Shown: positions 1 through 14,089 of the stretch, one piece after another
Numbering within the stretch: the stretch's first letter is position 1
Layout: each line of letters opens with the position of its first letter
Assembly: GCA_016746295.1 (NCBI GenBank)
Contig: JAEAOA010000822.1
Coordinates: forward strand, 822,104 to 886,103
Reading direction: 5' to 3'
Source: Potamilus streckersoni
Lineage: Eukaryota
DNA: 64,000 bases
The notes under the pieces: generated by a model
Told to the model about the DNA's origin: nothing
The model's input: only the letters and a program-made list of their open reading frames with translations
The model's database searches: none
Program-made: the position numbers and the translations under genes

Positions 1-1360
1 AGGAAAGAATAAAAGCAAATATAGACATCCAGGCACTTAAATCACTCAGCATAATGGAGCATGCCCAAGTGGAAAAAAACTTGTATGTATAGCAAACAAT
101 GTAATGAAATCAATTCATTTGAAAAATAAAAAAAAAAGAAAACTGGAGAATCTGTAAAGCCAATATTATTTATGGATAAATGTGTTATTTACCCAAAGAT
201 AACCTATACAGAAGCAAGGAATGGGGAGGGATAAATATTCCAAATTTACAATATGTACAAATCAGAAATATTTTAAAAAGAATTAAAAAATGAAAAGTGA
301 ACCCAGTATTTGCATGGGAAGCTTACATACATTTATTCATTTAGCTTCACTCTGATGAAAAAACCAGACTTACATAGGAATAACAGTTAACAAAACAATT
401 TGTTAAGTACCCAGGGGTTAGAGATATATTTTAAAAAAATATCTTGTTGAGGTATAGAGACAAAAAACAAGTATGAGAATTTACAAAAAGAAACATGAAT
501 GGGTGAGAGAGGATTCAACTAAAAACATATCAAGGTCAAACAAAAGAACAAACTGACTGTCTGGGTGGATAGGTGGAAAAAGTGTGGTGGGGTGGTGGGG
601 TAAAATCACTTAAAAGACAAAGTGTTCTCTTTAATTACCATCATGAAGTGTTGATTATGATCTTAGTCACACTAAACCCAAACATGATAAGAAAAATCCC
701 AGATTGCCTGCAGTATATGACAATATACTTCACAAAAAAACATAATCACACTCAGTGCAACATAAATAAGACAGAGAGAGAAGGATATAATTAGCCTGAA
801 AGAAAGGTACCAAGATAATAACTTATTGTATTTAGAATACAGAAAAAGTGATAGATTATATCATTACAATGATGTTGAAATATGGGCAAGTAATCAGAAC
901 AAAGAGATAATTTGTTACAGGATAAATTTCCTCCCAAGCCTTCGAAGTAGATAGCCAATGTGGGAGATGGTGTCCAGTTCACTGCCTACCTAGAGGTAGT
1001 GCTAACCAGTGCACAGGCTGAATGCTCTCTCTCACATGTCCCAAGCTCTATAGGCTTTTCTGAGGGGATACAAATATGGTACTTCCTTTCCATGCACCAA
1101 CATCCAAAACTCTCCACACAAATAAAGGGAACCCACTTCAAAATAGCATTACCATAACAATAACATTACCCTAACAACATTACCATCACATTGTAGGCAT
1201 AAGAAATATTACTGATGGGAACATGGGGGCCTCTGTGCCAGGAGAAGTGTTGAGCATAGATGCCACAGGGCTATATCACATGGCACTACATGAAGTGGAC
1301 AGGCCCCTGGAGAAGCCCAAGAAAACATTGGCACACAGCACATGGACACTCAAACATGCA

Positions 1361-1465
<105 letters not shown>

Positions 1466-2439
1466 TGTTCTTTTCTACATGTGCTGGCAGTTTAAATTTG
1501 GCTTCATATTCTGCCAACAGGCCAATCAGGTGAATGCTTTTAAGAGATAATGAAGGAAAGGCAATTGGAATATGTGATCATAACACAGAAATTGGCAGGA
1601 TATCTATTACACTATTCCCTCAAGTGTACCATGAAAACTTGCAAACTTGCTTATAACACAGGACAGGGTGTGAATCCCAATTATTTTACCAGAAAATATC
1701 AAACAACTGATCCCTATTTGTTGGACATGAAGAATGTTATGATCAAAAATGGTAAATGAAACTTTGATATATTGCTCATTTTATCAGTGAAAATAGGACA
1801 TGGAAATTTTAATAAACATTATCAAATTATCAACTTTTAATAAGAAGTCCTATATTTTTGTTACATTTTCTTTCCTAACAACATTCTTAGTATACCATAG
1901 ATAATGATATACAATGAAATTTTGATCAATGAAAAGGTAACTTACATCTAGTGAAGACACTAATTAAATAAATAAAAAATACCAAAATAAGTTTTGTTAA
2001 GGGAAATTTGTGTTTTAGTTCTTGCTTGTATTTATACATAAAATGTTTCAATTTACATTAACAGTTATGTCCTCAAGTGTGTCTCTTGAAACCTAAATAA
2101 AATCCGACTGTGTTTGGATATCTGACTTGTCACAATGTATGTTCAGCATTCTTCCGACCATTTCTTCCCATGACTTTCCAAGTTCCAGGGTGGCTGGCAC
2201 CAATGAGTGCTGTCTCTTCATTCTATTACAATATGCTATGGCATTAACAAATTGCTGACCAAAGCCCAGCTTAGACATGGCAGTCCATATCTTGTTGTAC
2301 ATGTTATTTTGCTGGTCCACCTGCCGTAGATTGATCAAGTGAGAAGATGGGAACAGTTGCTTATAGATGGATAACAACACAATAAGAGTGGCTGTCAACT
2401 GGATGATGACCTGAATAGCACTGTCACCTGAAGAAATAA

Positions 2440-3625
2440 AGAAATATACTTTTAATTCAACAAATAAAGAAATGTACTTTTACCTGAATAAATAAATAAA
2501 TATACATTTACCTGAATAAATAAATATACATTTACCTGAATAAATAAATATACTTTTATCTGATTAAATAAATATACTTTTACCTGAAAAAATTTATATA
2601 CTTTTACCTGAATAATTAAATATACTTTTACCTGAATAAATATTTTTATCTGAATAAATAAATATACTTTTACCTGAATAAATATACTTTTATCTGAATA
2701 AATAAATAAATAATATACTTTTATCTGAATGAATAAATAAATATACTTTTACCTGAATAAATAAATATACTTTTATCTGAATAAATAAATATACTTTTAC
2801 CTGAATAAATAAATATACTTTTATCTGAATAAATAAATAAATATACTTTTACTTGAATAAATAAATATACATTTACCTGAATAAATAAATATACTTTTAC
2901 CTGAATAAATATACATTTACCTGAATAAATAAATATACTTTTACCTGAATAAATAAATATACATTTACCTGAATAAATAAATATACTTTTACCTGAATAA
3001 ATAAATATACTTTTACCTGAATAAATAAATATACTTTTATCTGAATAAATAAATAAATATACTTTTACCTGAATAAATAAATATACTTTTATCTGAATAA
3101 ATAAATATACATTTACCTGAATAAATAAATATACTTTTATCTGAATAAATAAATAAATATACATTTACCTGAATAAATAAATATACTTTTATCTGAATAA
3201 ATAAATAAATATATATGTACCTGAATAAATAAATATACTTTTACCTGAATAAATAAATATACTTTTACCTGAATAAATAAATATACTTTTACCTGAATAA
3301 ATAAATATACATTTACCTGAATAAATAAATATACTTTTACCTGAATAAATAAATATACTTTTACCTGAATAAATAAATAAATATACTTTTACCTGAATAA
3401 ATAAATATACTTTTACCTGAATAAATAAATATACTTTTACCTGAATAAATAAATATACATTTACCTGAATAAATAAATATACATTTACCTGAATAAATAA
3501 ATATACATTTACCTGAATAAATAAATATACATTTACCTGAATAAATAAATAAATATACATTTACCTGAATAAATAAATATACATTTACCTGAATAAATAA
3601 ATATACTTTTACCTGAACAAATAAA
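2440..3625. repeat. 24-bp minisatellite (tacttttacctgaataaataaata), ~50 units
   Basis: Head-to-tail unit with minor variants (acattt/actttt, atctg/cctg). The 3n period explains minus ORFs 2721-3164 and 3189-3560. Confidence 0.9.
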
Positions 3626-3989
3626 GAAATAGTATTGTCTGCATCTGCTTATTTCAAGAATTAATGAGTTTGCAAATTTAGTCAAATTTGCTATACTTAC
3701 AATCTTCATATAAAAACAACTGTTTTAAAATAATCATGCTTCTCTGATTCAGTTTATGCATGAATTAATATACATCTACTTGCATAAACAGAGCATCTTA
3801 ATAAACACAACTTTAAAATGATTCCCTGGCTGGTTTTTAATTACTTCAAGATGATCCAAGAGTAGTATTTAACAAATTTCAAGATGGTCCCATGGGTTAT
3901 TTTAAACTGTATGTCTCTTTCTTGTTTGCTTAAGTGAAACACATTTCTGTGTATCAAAAAATTTCATGTGCAAACATAGATTATAATTA

Positions 3990-4710
3990 TAATTATAATT
4001 ATCTATTAAACACCATGCCCATGCCTAAAACAACGTCAATACAATTATCTCTCAGACAATATGTCTATGCCGACAACAAAAACAGTACAATGACCTATTT
4101 CACAGCATGCCCATGCCTAAAACAACTGCCTGTAGAGGTATTTTCTGAACAACATGTTCATGCCTAAAATAATGCCAGTATATGATCTGTTAGACCTGTC
4201 CATGCCTAAAACAATGTCACTATATGTTCTGCTAGACAACATATCCATGCCTAAAACAATGTCAGTATATGTTCTGCTAGACAACATATCCATGCCTAAA
4301 ACAATGTCAGTATATGTTCTGCTAGACAACATATCCATGCCTAAACAATGTCAGTACAATGATCTGTTAGACACCATGCCAATGCCTAAAAAATGTCAGT
4401 ACAATTATCTTTTAGGCAACATGCCCATGCCTAAAACAATGCCAGTACAATAATATGTTAGACAAAATGCCCATGCCTAAAACAATGTCAGTAAAATGAT
4501 CTGTTAGACACCATGCCCATGCCTAAAAAATGTCAATACAATTATTTTTAGGCAACATGCCCATGCCTAAAACAATGCAAGTACAATGATGTGTTAGGCA
4601 AAATGCCCATGCATAAAATAATGCCAGTACAATAATGTTAGGCAACATGCCCATGCCCTAAATCAATGCCAGTACAATGATCTGTTAGGCAAAACGTCCA
4701 TGCCTAAATT
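3990..4710. repeat. 45-bp minisatellite (catgcctaaaacaatgtcagtatatgttctgctagacaacatatc), degenerating toward the 3' side
   Basis: Unit counted as 45 bp. Plus ORF 4154-4453 and minus ORF 4117-4338 are periodic artefacts. Confidence 0.85.
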
Positions 4711-5224
4711 GATGCCTGTAAAAATCCTTAAAGTCATAAGAAAAATTAAATGTGGGATACACAGTGATCCAATATGGACAAATGTGTTAATTTTAAAATA
4801 ATAAACACCCTAAACAAAAGCAAATGAGAAAATGCTTAAGTGAAAGAATCCTGTGTCTATTTTATTGATTTGGTCAAAGAAGTTTTGAGCAGCACAGTGT
4901 GAATGCATAAGGTGTATCAAACATTAGTGGACAATGTAAATCAGTTTCAACAATCTCTAGTAATAGCAAAAAAAATAGCCTTTTGTTCTCTATCACACAT
5001 TTATCACTAGATAATAAACAAATTATTTATAACTATACAAAGCATAAACAAGTTGTCGTTAAAAGTCACACACTTGCTATATAATTCCTTCTGATAACTT
5101 TTGTTTCTATAGCACTGCTTCAAAGTTGAATTTTCAGTGTACTTGATGCATTACCAATATTTCTAGGGACATTCACAAAAAGGTGTCTTGGTACCTCAGG
5201 GTTGGAAGGACATTATCTGAATGA

Positions 5225-5520
5225 CTAATTATGGAATGAATGGACAACACAGGTTCAATCTAAGAGTTCAAATGAAGGGAAATCACAGCCTCATTTTGAG
5301 AGTTCAAATAAATGGATAACATATGTTCAGTCTAAGAGTTTAAATAAAGGGACAACACAGCTTTAATCTGAAAGTTCAATGAAGAGACAACACAGGTTTA
5401 GTCTAAGAGTTCAAATGAAGGGACAACACAGGTTCAGTCTAAGAGTTCAAATAAACGGACAACACAGGTTCAGTCTAAGAGTTCAAATAAAGGGACAACT
5501 CAGGTTCAGTCTATTGGTTG
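5225..5520. repeat. 36-bp tandem repeat (ggacaacacaggttcagtctaagagttcaaataaag), ~8 units
   Basis: Direct tandem units. ORF 5379-5567 shows the matching 12-aa periodicity. Confidence 0.85.
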
Positions 5521-5645
5521 TTGATGTTCTTGTTATAGGATTTAATGCATTTTTCAGCACAAGATAGGCCATACATGGTGGCCAGTATAAATGGAGGAGG
5601 AAGAACCAGAGAGAACCAGGAAATAACCACCACAGGGCTTGAAAT
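5517..5645 (-). mobile_element. 3' fragment of tRNA-derived SINE family B, (GTT)n side on the plus strand
   Basis: gttgttgatgttcttgtt...tttttcagcacaagataggccatacatggtggccagtataaatggaggagg matches the tail region of the copies at 37645-37882 and 48560-48812. Confidence 0.55.
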
Positions 5646-8224
5646 TAGCGATAGTCCGCTAGCTTGAGGCTAGTAGATTTCCTGTTGGACTAGTAACTTT
5701 CATAATGTTAATAGTCCGATGGGCTAGTAAGTTTTTGTTTATCTAAAGTCAACGTTTGTTTACGCCATTCCCTAAAAAAGACTTGACTTCAGCAGATGTC
5801 CCGTAGAATCAAAACAGTAACCATTGTCAACAGTCATAAAATATTAGCATGAGATGATGAAGTCAATATCTGCCTCGGAAAGGTGCGTTTCTATAACAAG
5901 AAGCCATCCGATTTGTGTATTCGCTTCACAGCACCAATTATGGTACCATCATTAACAACGGAAGTTAGGTAATTGATCCTGATTAATCTGAAAATGATTC
6001 AATTAAAAAATGACGTGGAATCACACTTTATTCACTCGGCCACAATAATAAATTACAAAACGGTATACCACATAAAAGAACACAGCAAAAGCTATTTGAA
6101 GAAATTAAAGTTTGCAGGTTTGTTTGATTACAGTTTTTTTTTCAGGAGGGGGGTTGCTTGCTAGCCAAACACTCCAACAGCCACAAACGGAAAACTTTAT
6201 ATTTTACACTCTTGCATCAAAATAATTATAAAAATCAGATTAATTTATTATGATGACTTTATTGACACATCTTTTCCACACAACTACTTTTTATATGATG
6301 ATAAGAATTGATTTTATATTTTGTCCCTGACAAGAATGGACAAATAATTTAATAGACGTGGAGATATCAATCAGAGCATGGGCATCTAAGATTTGAAAAT
6401 GTTTCGCCTTATTAATTTCAACAATATACTGCTGTCTGATTAATCAGGAATAATTACCAAACTTTCGGACATTAATAAGACCATAACTGGAACTGTTATA
6501 TAGAACGCGCCGAATTAGATGGGTTCATTTGATGGGAACTTACTTTTTCTAAGCTGAAACTAACATCATCTTCTGATTCTAATATTTTATAACAGTGTTC
6601 ACAATAGCCACTGCTTTGATCATGCAGAACAAACACTGAAGTCCTTATCAGAGAGAGGCCATTTAAAGGGGGGGAGGAAGCGCGTGTTTTGAAATGGTGT
6701 TTTCTTGCTCTGACTTTCTTATAAAGGACACTGATATTCATTTTCTTACTTTAAATAATTCGCGTCAGCTATAATGTAACATATTTCCAAAGAAGACACA
6801 ATTCGCTCCTTATAAGACCGCCAAAATGTGGTGTTTTATAGAACGTATTCAGCTACCATAAAAAAGCAAAAAAGTTGAATGAAAATGACATTAAAGAGAG
6901 GAATAATTCTTATGATAGGGAAAAGTGTAATCGAATGTTTTAGATGACATGGACAAAAGACAGGGAATGGCTAAATTATGATGAAGAAAAAAATGTTATG
7001 CTGTATAACTGGTGTGCATAATTAGCAACAGAAAACATCCAGTTGTGTTGCAGGTTGTTCGAACTTTAAAACTGAATCAGTAAACACGCATGAAAGCTTG
7101 GGCAAAACAAAAATAACAGAAAAACAGCTATGCAGATACCACCAGAGGAATCGACCACCGGTTAGATCTTGAGAAGATTTAACGAAATGTGTTAAACCAT
7201 AGGTGCTTGATGCAAGCTTGATGCTGAGAAGAAAATAAAAACACCCAATAATCTAAAGGAAAGCAATCATAAAGAGTGACAAAAATATATCAAATTACCC
7301 TCATGACCCATTCTGATATAGGACACTGTCTATCATAAGTATATAATAGACAAGGTCAGTAACTTCCAAATACTTCGTTTTACCCATAACTCTTGATTTT
7401 CTTCTGCTATTTCGGTCGTTGAAGGCATATGGACATAATCTATAGCTTATTTTACTCCTGAGATATTTTTCTATTCATCAAGCTATAATTGACTTTTCTG
7501 TGTTGCACCAAACTGAAGTTACATTTTCTGAAATGTGCAAATTTCACCTGCCGGGACAATGTTGCTCTCAGGTGATAACCGGTGAAAGTGGCTATGGTAA
7601 AGAACCGAAGACCCTTCAATGATTTTGCATGGATGTGTTAGCTGGATGAAATAAAAAGAGCTGATGTTGGAGACACTTACAGGATTGATAAACAGGTTGT
7701 TACATTTACTCACTACATCATTGGAAGTGAAAGGCATAAGCCTGTTTTGGTGGAGCATTTCTGGTCCGTTCTTGTCAGTGCAAGTGTGGATGCTGATGTA
7801 GTGGAATTGGAATTAGACATATTAAAGAGTTTAGTCTACAGCAAGTAGGTTTATATTCAAATATTTATTAAAAAAATACAGGAAACATCATTGACGCCAG
7901 ATTTGTTAAAATTATTTATTTATCATAGTATCTTGATTTTAAACGGTAACCATGTAAGAAAAGCTTTCAAAAAAATTAATATCAACATTATTTAAGTATT
8001 GACATTACATTTTTCTTAATGTACATTTATTCAGATTATAATTTTCTTAATGTATTCTGTTATCTTGTAAAGACATCTTTGCTTTGACCTGGTCCACAGT
8101 TGTAAAATGATGTGCTGCTGACTGAAAGAATATTATGGCATTGATTGACCTTATCCTAACAATCCCAGCCTACTCTGCTGATGCTGAGAAGGGTTTCTCA
8201 GAGATACAAATGGTGAGAAATGAA

Positions 8225-8365
8225 TGGAGATCATGTCTGCGACCTTGGGTTCTGTCAGACCTACTCTTTATAATGTTCCATACAAATGTTGAATAAATGT
8301 AGATGATGTTTGCGACCTTGGGTTCTGTCGGATCTACTCTTTATAATGTTCCATACAAATGATAT
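8225..8365. repeat. ~65-bp direct duplication (atg..tgcgaccttgggttctgtc(a/g)ga(c/t)ctactctttataatgttccatacaaatg), 2 copies
   Basis: Two near-identical adjacent copies read directly. Confidence 0.7.
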
Positions 8366-8914
8366 TACAACAAATGATACATCACCAGTAGTACATTTGT
8401 GAAATGTTTCAGGGAGATAGGTAAGGAGACCTGAACAAACCCCATACGGACCCAGAGTGCAGGTAGAGGATGAGAGAGGACACATGCATCCTTTTCTGGA
8501 ATTGGATCCAGATATTCTTGAGAAACAAGAAATGTGAAATGACTTTACTGATGATTTGAAGAAGGATTTGATTTATAATTCTGTAATTCTGCGTTTCATA
8601 TGATAATGCTATTTATGAATAATATTGATGTTAATCTCAATACAAGTTTGTGATATTGTTTTTGGACAGGACTAGTAAAGATTTGGCAGGACTAGTAAAT
8701 TTCTCAGCATGCTAGTCCTTCTGGCTATATATAAAACTCTGGTGCTCTATGTCACATCTGAATCATAAGTCAGTGACCATGTTGTGCATTGCATGGAAGG
8801 TTTGTGTGCAAAAAGATGGAAACAGCGACCTACATACAGCTTGATGTCTCCTCTTGCTAAAGTGAAATGGGGGGAGGTGTAAAATGTTTAAATCAAGCTA
8901 TCAAAACATGCTTA

Positions 8915-9125
8915 GCCTTTGACTTTAAACCAGCTGTGTATAGAATATGCAGATATAAAACTAAATGCTTTCACATTGACCTGCTTATTTCAGACCAGTG
9001 TGAATAAAATATGCTGACACAACAAAACTACATGCTTGCCAACTGACTTCAGACAAGATGTGTAAAAAAATTGCACACCCACAAAGCTATATGCTTACCC
9101 ACTGACTTACAGACCAGCCATGTAT
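8915..9125. repeat. ~59-60-bp satellite (acaggcagacacaaaattacatgcttgccaactgacttacagaccagccatgtatagaa), short array of ~3 units
   Basis: Same unit as the long array at 10845-11800. Confidence 0.8.
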
Positions 9126-9785
9126 AGAGGTGGGGCTCTACAGTTTCATATTCAGCCTAGGGTTAGAATTTTAAAGAAAAAGAGTTTCCCCGGGTTTCCT
9201 CACTAGTTATACTGGCTATTTAAAAGAGACTTTGTATATCTTAGGTATTGTTCAACAAACCTTTAATTCCCTTTATTTTGATGTATGATTGATGTCTGTA
9301 ATATGGGTTAGAGAGTATACAGTTTGGCCTTACTCCAGATGTGCACCTTTCAAAAAAGAGCTCGCTCTACTTGCTCATTTTCACTTCTCGAACTTCAGAG
9401 GTAAATTGTAAAAAATAGAGCCGATAACTTTTTTTTACATTTTATGTATTTGGTAATTCATTCATTGCACTTTTAGAAGCTGGTATTGTCTAGTTTGGCA
9501 AAATTCATTTTCCATATTTTAAAAGCTGCCAAGAATAGTGTACTTTAGACAAATTCAGGTTGATTTTTGGAGCACAAGGGAGCAGTCATTTTAGTTAGCA
9601 GTGTCCTAAGATCATTTAAAATTTCCAAAAGTACAATATCCAAAGAAATTTCAGCCACATTACATGAAAGTAGTATATATGTATGTCAACATTCTCTCCA
9701 CTATGCATGTTTAAAATGCAAACAACTTCACCTTACATAGATCACTCTTTCAAAAGTACATAATAACTGGTGAGCGCTTCCATAA
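9121..9785 (+). repeat. Dispersed repeat family X, long copy (~660 bp)
   Basis: Near-identical to 10500-10862 apart from a ~295-bp segment (9172-9465) absent there. Its first ~250 bp also recur at 39722-39965. Confidence 0.8.
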
Positions 9786-10499
9786 AGAGTATATAGGTAT
9801 TATTATTGTGTGATTTAATTTTGATTGTATGGCTGAAATATTTAAGTCACAAGCATCAAAACAGTCCATTGTAATAAATGTCTTGTATTTCTTCCCTCAG
9901 AACAGTATTTATTAGAGTCAGAGTCTCAAACAGGTACAGCCCCCCCCCTTATGATAAAAAATGAACTATTTTAAAAATGTGCATTGCATTTTGTCAACAT
10001 AGCAACCAGTGTTATGCTGATAGACAGGAACATGAAACTAGCCATATTTATTCCTGAGATGTCAACAATAAATTTTACAGTTAGAAAAGGGATATAACAG
10101 GTAAGGTTCATAAAGGTCAAAGGTCAAAGTGTTAAATATTAAATAATTCTTTGATATGGAAGAAAGCAAATTTGCTTTGTTATCATTTACTTTTTAATTT
10201 CATTGCAAATAAATGAAAAGAAACATTTTCACTATATATTTCTTTTACTTAATGTAACAGTTTTTAATTTAAGTTGACTTTATTCCCATATCCTAAGACT
10301 TCTAATTTCCCCATAATGAATGTCACTACTCACCCAAACATGACTCATGGCAAATTATGTATGCTAGAGCAAAACTAAGCATAATTAGCTTATTTTCATG
10401 AATAAAATCAATGTTAATGTACCATTTTACTCAGAATATCATACATAATAATATGAAAATAAGAAAAATAATTGCATAAATGTTTATATTTGTTTTTAA

Positions 10500-10862
10500 G
10501 GTGGCGCTCTACAGTTTCGTATTTAGCCTAGGGTTAGAATTTTAGCACTTTTAGAAGCTGGTATTGTCTAGTTTGGCAAAATTCATTTTCCATATTTTAA
10601 AAGCTGCCAAGAATAGTGTACTTTAGACAAATTCAGGTTGATTTTTGGAGCACAAGGGAGCAGTCATTTTAAATAGCAGTGTCCTAAGATCATTTAAAAT
10701 TTCCAAAAGTACAATATCCAAAGAAATTTCAGCCACATTACATGAAAGTAGTATATAGGTATGTCAACATTCTCCCCACTATGCATGTTTAAAATGGAAA
10801 CAACTTCACCTTACATAAATCACTCTTTCAAAAGTACATAATAACTGGTGAGTGCCACCTAG
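10500..10862 (+). repeat. Dispersed repeat family X, copy with internal ~295-bp deletion
   Basis: gtggcgctctacagtttcgtatttagcctagggttagaattttag|cacttttagaagctgg... is collinear with 9121-9785. Confidence 0.8.
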
Positions 10863-11800
10863 AACAGGCAGATACAAAAGTACATGCTTGCCAACTGACT
10901 TACAGACCAGCCATGTATAGAACAGGCAGACACAAAATTACATGCTTGCTAACTGACTTCAGACAAGCTATGTGTTAAAAAAATGCACACACAAAGCTAA
11001 ATGCTTACCCACTGACTTACAGACCAGCCATGTATAGAATAGGCTGACACAAAATTACATGCTTGCCAACTGACTTACAAACCAGCCATGTATAGAACAG
11101 GCAGACACAAAATTGCATGCTTGCCAACTGACTTACAGACCAGCAATGTATAGAACAGGCAGACACAAAATTACATGCTTGCCCACTGACTTACAGACCA
11201 GCCATGTATAGAATAGGCTGACACAAAATTACATGCTGCCAACTGACTTACAGACCAACCATGTATAGAAACAGACAGACACAAAATTACATGCTTGCCC
11301 ACTGACTTACAGACCAGCCATGTATAGAATAGGCAGACACAAAATTGCATGCTTGCCAAATAACTTACAGACCAGCCATGTATAGAACAGGCAGACACAA
11401 AATTACATGCTTGCCCACTAACTTACAGACCAGCCATGTATAGAAACAGGCAGACACAAAATTACATGCTTGCCTACTGACTTACTGACCAGCCATGTAT
11501 AGAATAGGCAGACACAAAATTGCATGCTTGCCAACTGACTTACAGACCAGCCATGTATAGAACAGGCAGACACAAAATTACATGCTTGCCCACTGACTTA
11601 CAGACCAGCCATGTATAGAATAGGCAGACACAAAATTACATGCTTGCTAACTGACTTCAGACAAGCTGTGTGTAAAAAAAATGCACACACAAAGTTACAT
11701 GCTTACCCAATGACATACAGACCAGCCATGTATAGAACAGGCAGACACAAAATTACTTGCTTACCCATTGACTTCAGACCAGCTGTGTAAAGAATATGCA
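10845..11800. repeat. ~59-60-bp satellite array, ~16 units
   Basis: Tandem units with point variants (ccaactgac/cccactgac, acaggc/ataggc). Minus ORF 11171-11398 is an artefact. Confidence 0.9.
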
Positions 11801-12401
11801 GACATAGATTCTTGTCAACCCCTAGGATTTGTTCCAAGTCTGCATCAAATTCCCAGTGACCATCCTAAAGTAAAGATTTAATGTAAATGAATTCACTTGT
11901 ATAGGCCTGTCCAAAAAATGTAGTTAACTCCCCTTATAATTAAGTCTGTTTCAATCTTCACTGCAAAGGTAAGGTGCAAGCCACTTTTTGGAATCAAAGG
12001 TAAATGGTTAACCACTTCTGGGTAGCAAATATAAGAGAAAAAGAATGTAACTGATTTTTTATTATCATAAATGACTCTTATGATAAAATAACTGATCATG
12101 ACCATGTCAAATAAAAATTATAATAAAAATATTATAATTATATTTATACTAATAATACAGTAATAATAATAATTGATTGGTTGAATTTTTAAGGCGCACC
12201 AGCACAAAGAGGCCATATAGCGCCATACAAAAGGTTATATCCTTCATTATATACAAATGGTAAAAAGATTCTTATCGGCCAGCGATACAAAACCAAAAAG
12301 CTAAAGGTAAAACAATAAAAATGGTAATGGTGATAAAAATAAAGTTTCACGATCAACAGGGATTGCAACTAATGTATGACAACGAAAACATATGAAAGGT
12401 A

Positions 12402-12403
<2 letters not shown>

Positions 12404-12461
<58 letters not shown>

Positions 12462-12464
12462 TAT

Positions 12465-12538
<74 letters not shown>
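12404..12538. repeat. (AAT)n microsatellite in an AT-rich low-complexity block (12100-12560)
   Basis: Long aataataat run with a single ttattat interruption. Confidence 0.95.
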
Positions 12539-12539
<1 letters not shown>

Positions 12540-14089
12540 CTGTCAACTGGAAAAAGGGTAAAATAAGTAAAACTCTATCTTCTTTAATTCCTTATTATAA
12601 TGTACTTAACAATTACCAATGAAACTTTCTGTCATAATGATAAACCCACCCTCACAATTTTAAATCCATTTTATTAAGCTGAACTAATGGTCTTATTAAT
12701 GGGGAAAATGAGGAAAACTATGTCAGTTTGGAATTAATACTCCTGTATAACATAACATATTCCAACTATTCCATACTTTCATATATAGTCCTCACAGCAT
12801 ACTGACAGACTCAGGCCTAGAAACCACAAAATTCAAACTTTGGTTTGAACTTTGGATCTTGTTTCAGCAAATCACAAATGACATTGCTTTTGAAGTTAAG
12901 ATTTTGTTTCAGCCAAATACAAATGACTACTTCAGAAAACTCTTTTCTGACTGGCTGATAGTGGACACACAATTTCAAACTCTAGCTAAATTTATGATCT
13001 CAGGCTCCCAAGTGAAAAAACAAATGTTGTTTACAAAATTCAAATACAGGCAAAATTCAGTCCTTCTGATTGTTAATAAATATTCAGTTTATAAATTTTC
13101 AAAATCAGCCTTATATTGTGAACTCTGCATAATTGCAGAAATTCCACAGTTCTTAAGGTCCTTTGAAACAAGATTTATAACTGAGTTCAAATTCAGATTT
13201 TGTACTCAAAGTTTTGTGACCATAGACCAGATCTATCACTGTGATTTACCAGAACAAGGACTAGATTCTTTGTTCTACTATGATGTCTCCAAATTTTCAT
13301 ACAATGGTTTTTAATTATTGTGTCATATGAACAATTAAAAGGAAATAATTTTAATTATTAATTATATTAATTACCTTTTAATTATAGGAAAAAGAAAATA
13401 AGTATCATTTTAAATCTTAAGAGTAAAACACCTTAGTAGAAATATATATACATGTAGATTCCCTTAACCAATAGTTAGAGGACAAAAGTTAAAATTTGTG
13501 TGGAAAGATGGTGCATCAAATATCAGAGTATAAAAAAAATTAGAGAAATTACATTAATTATGATTTCAAATAGGCAGCACAGACCCAGATCTGTATTTCT
13601 ATTACCTAGGTCCGGGCAGACAGAATAGTTGAGATATAGTGTGGCTTTAAATGCATATGATGTTATGTGCAGATGCCAATCCTAATAACATGAGTGGCAT
13701 GTTAAAAGTCCCCAAAAAATAAAAAAATGTATCCAAATTTTTTTTAAAATGCTACAATGGCATTAACAAAAATTTTGAATCATGTACTTGTGCAAACATT
13801 TGTGCACAAAGAAAACATGATGTAATAGCCTGAAATAGTGATCATGTTTAACTATATATGAATACACACATTCCAACCAAATTCTTTTCTCTACCTAAAA
13901 TGTTTTCTTTACTTTGCAATCAAGAATTTGTCAAAAGTCATTAGTCAAAAAATTATTAAAGGATGTGTAAAATCTTAAAACTGGCTAAATATCATAAAAT
14001 TCAAATAAAGTTATTTACCTACTAATACAAAAATTATCAAAATCTGTTTGTTAACTCAAATTCAATTTTAGATGTAGTGTAAGAAAATA

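Noticed and set aside
2721-3560. Long minus-strand ORFs (147 aa and 123 aa: ..VYLFIQVKVYLFIQ..IYSGKSIFIYSGKS..)
   Set aside because: They lie entirely within the 24-bp minisatellite. Openness is a consequence of the 3n period, and the composition is pure repeat.
12859-13314. 151-aa plus-strand ORF
   Set aside because: AT-rich low-complexity sequence with internal short repeats (caaattcaaa, ttttgaa). Kozak context is poor, there are no flanking splice signals and there is no recognisable domain.
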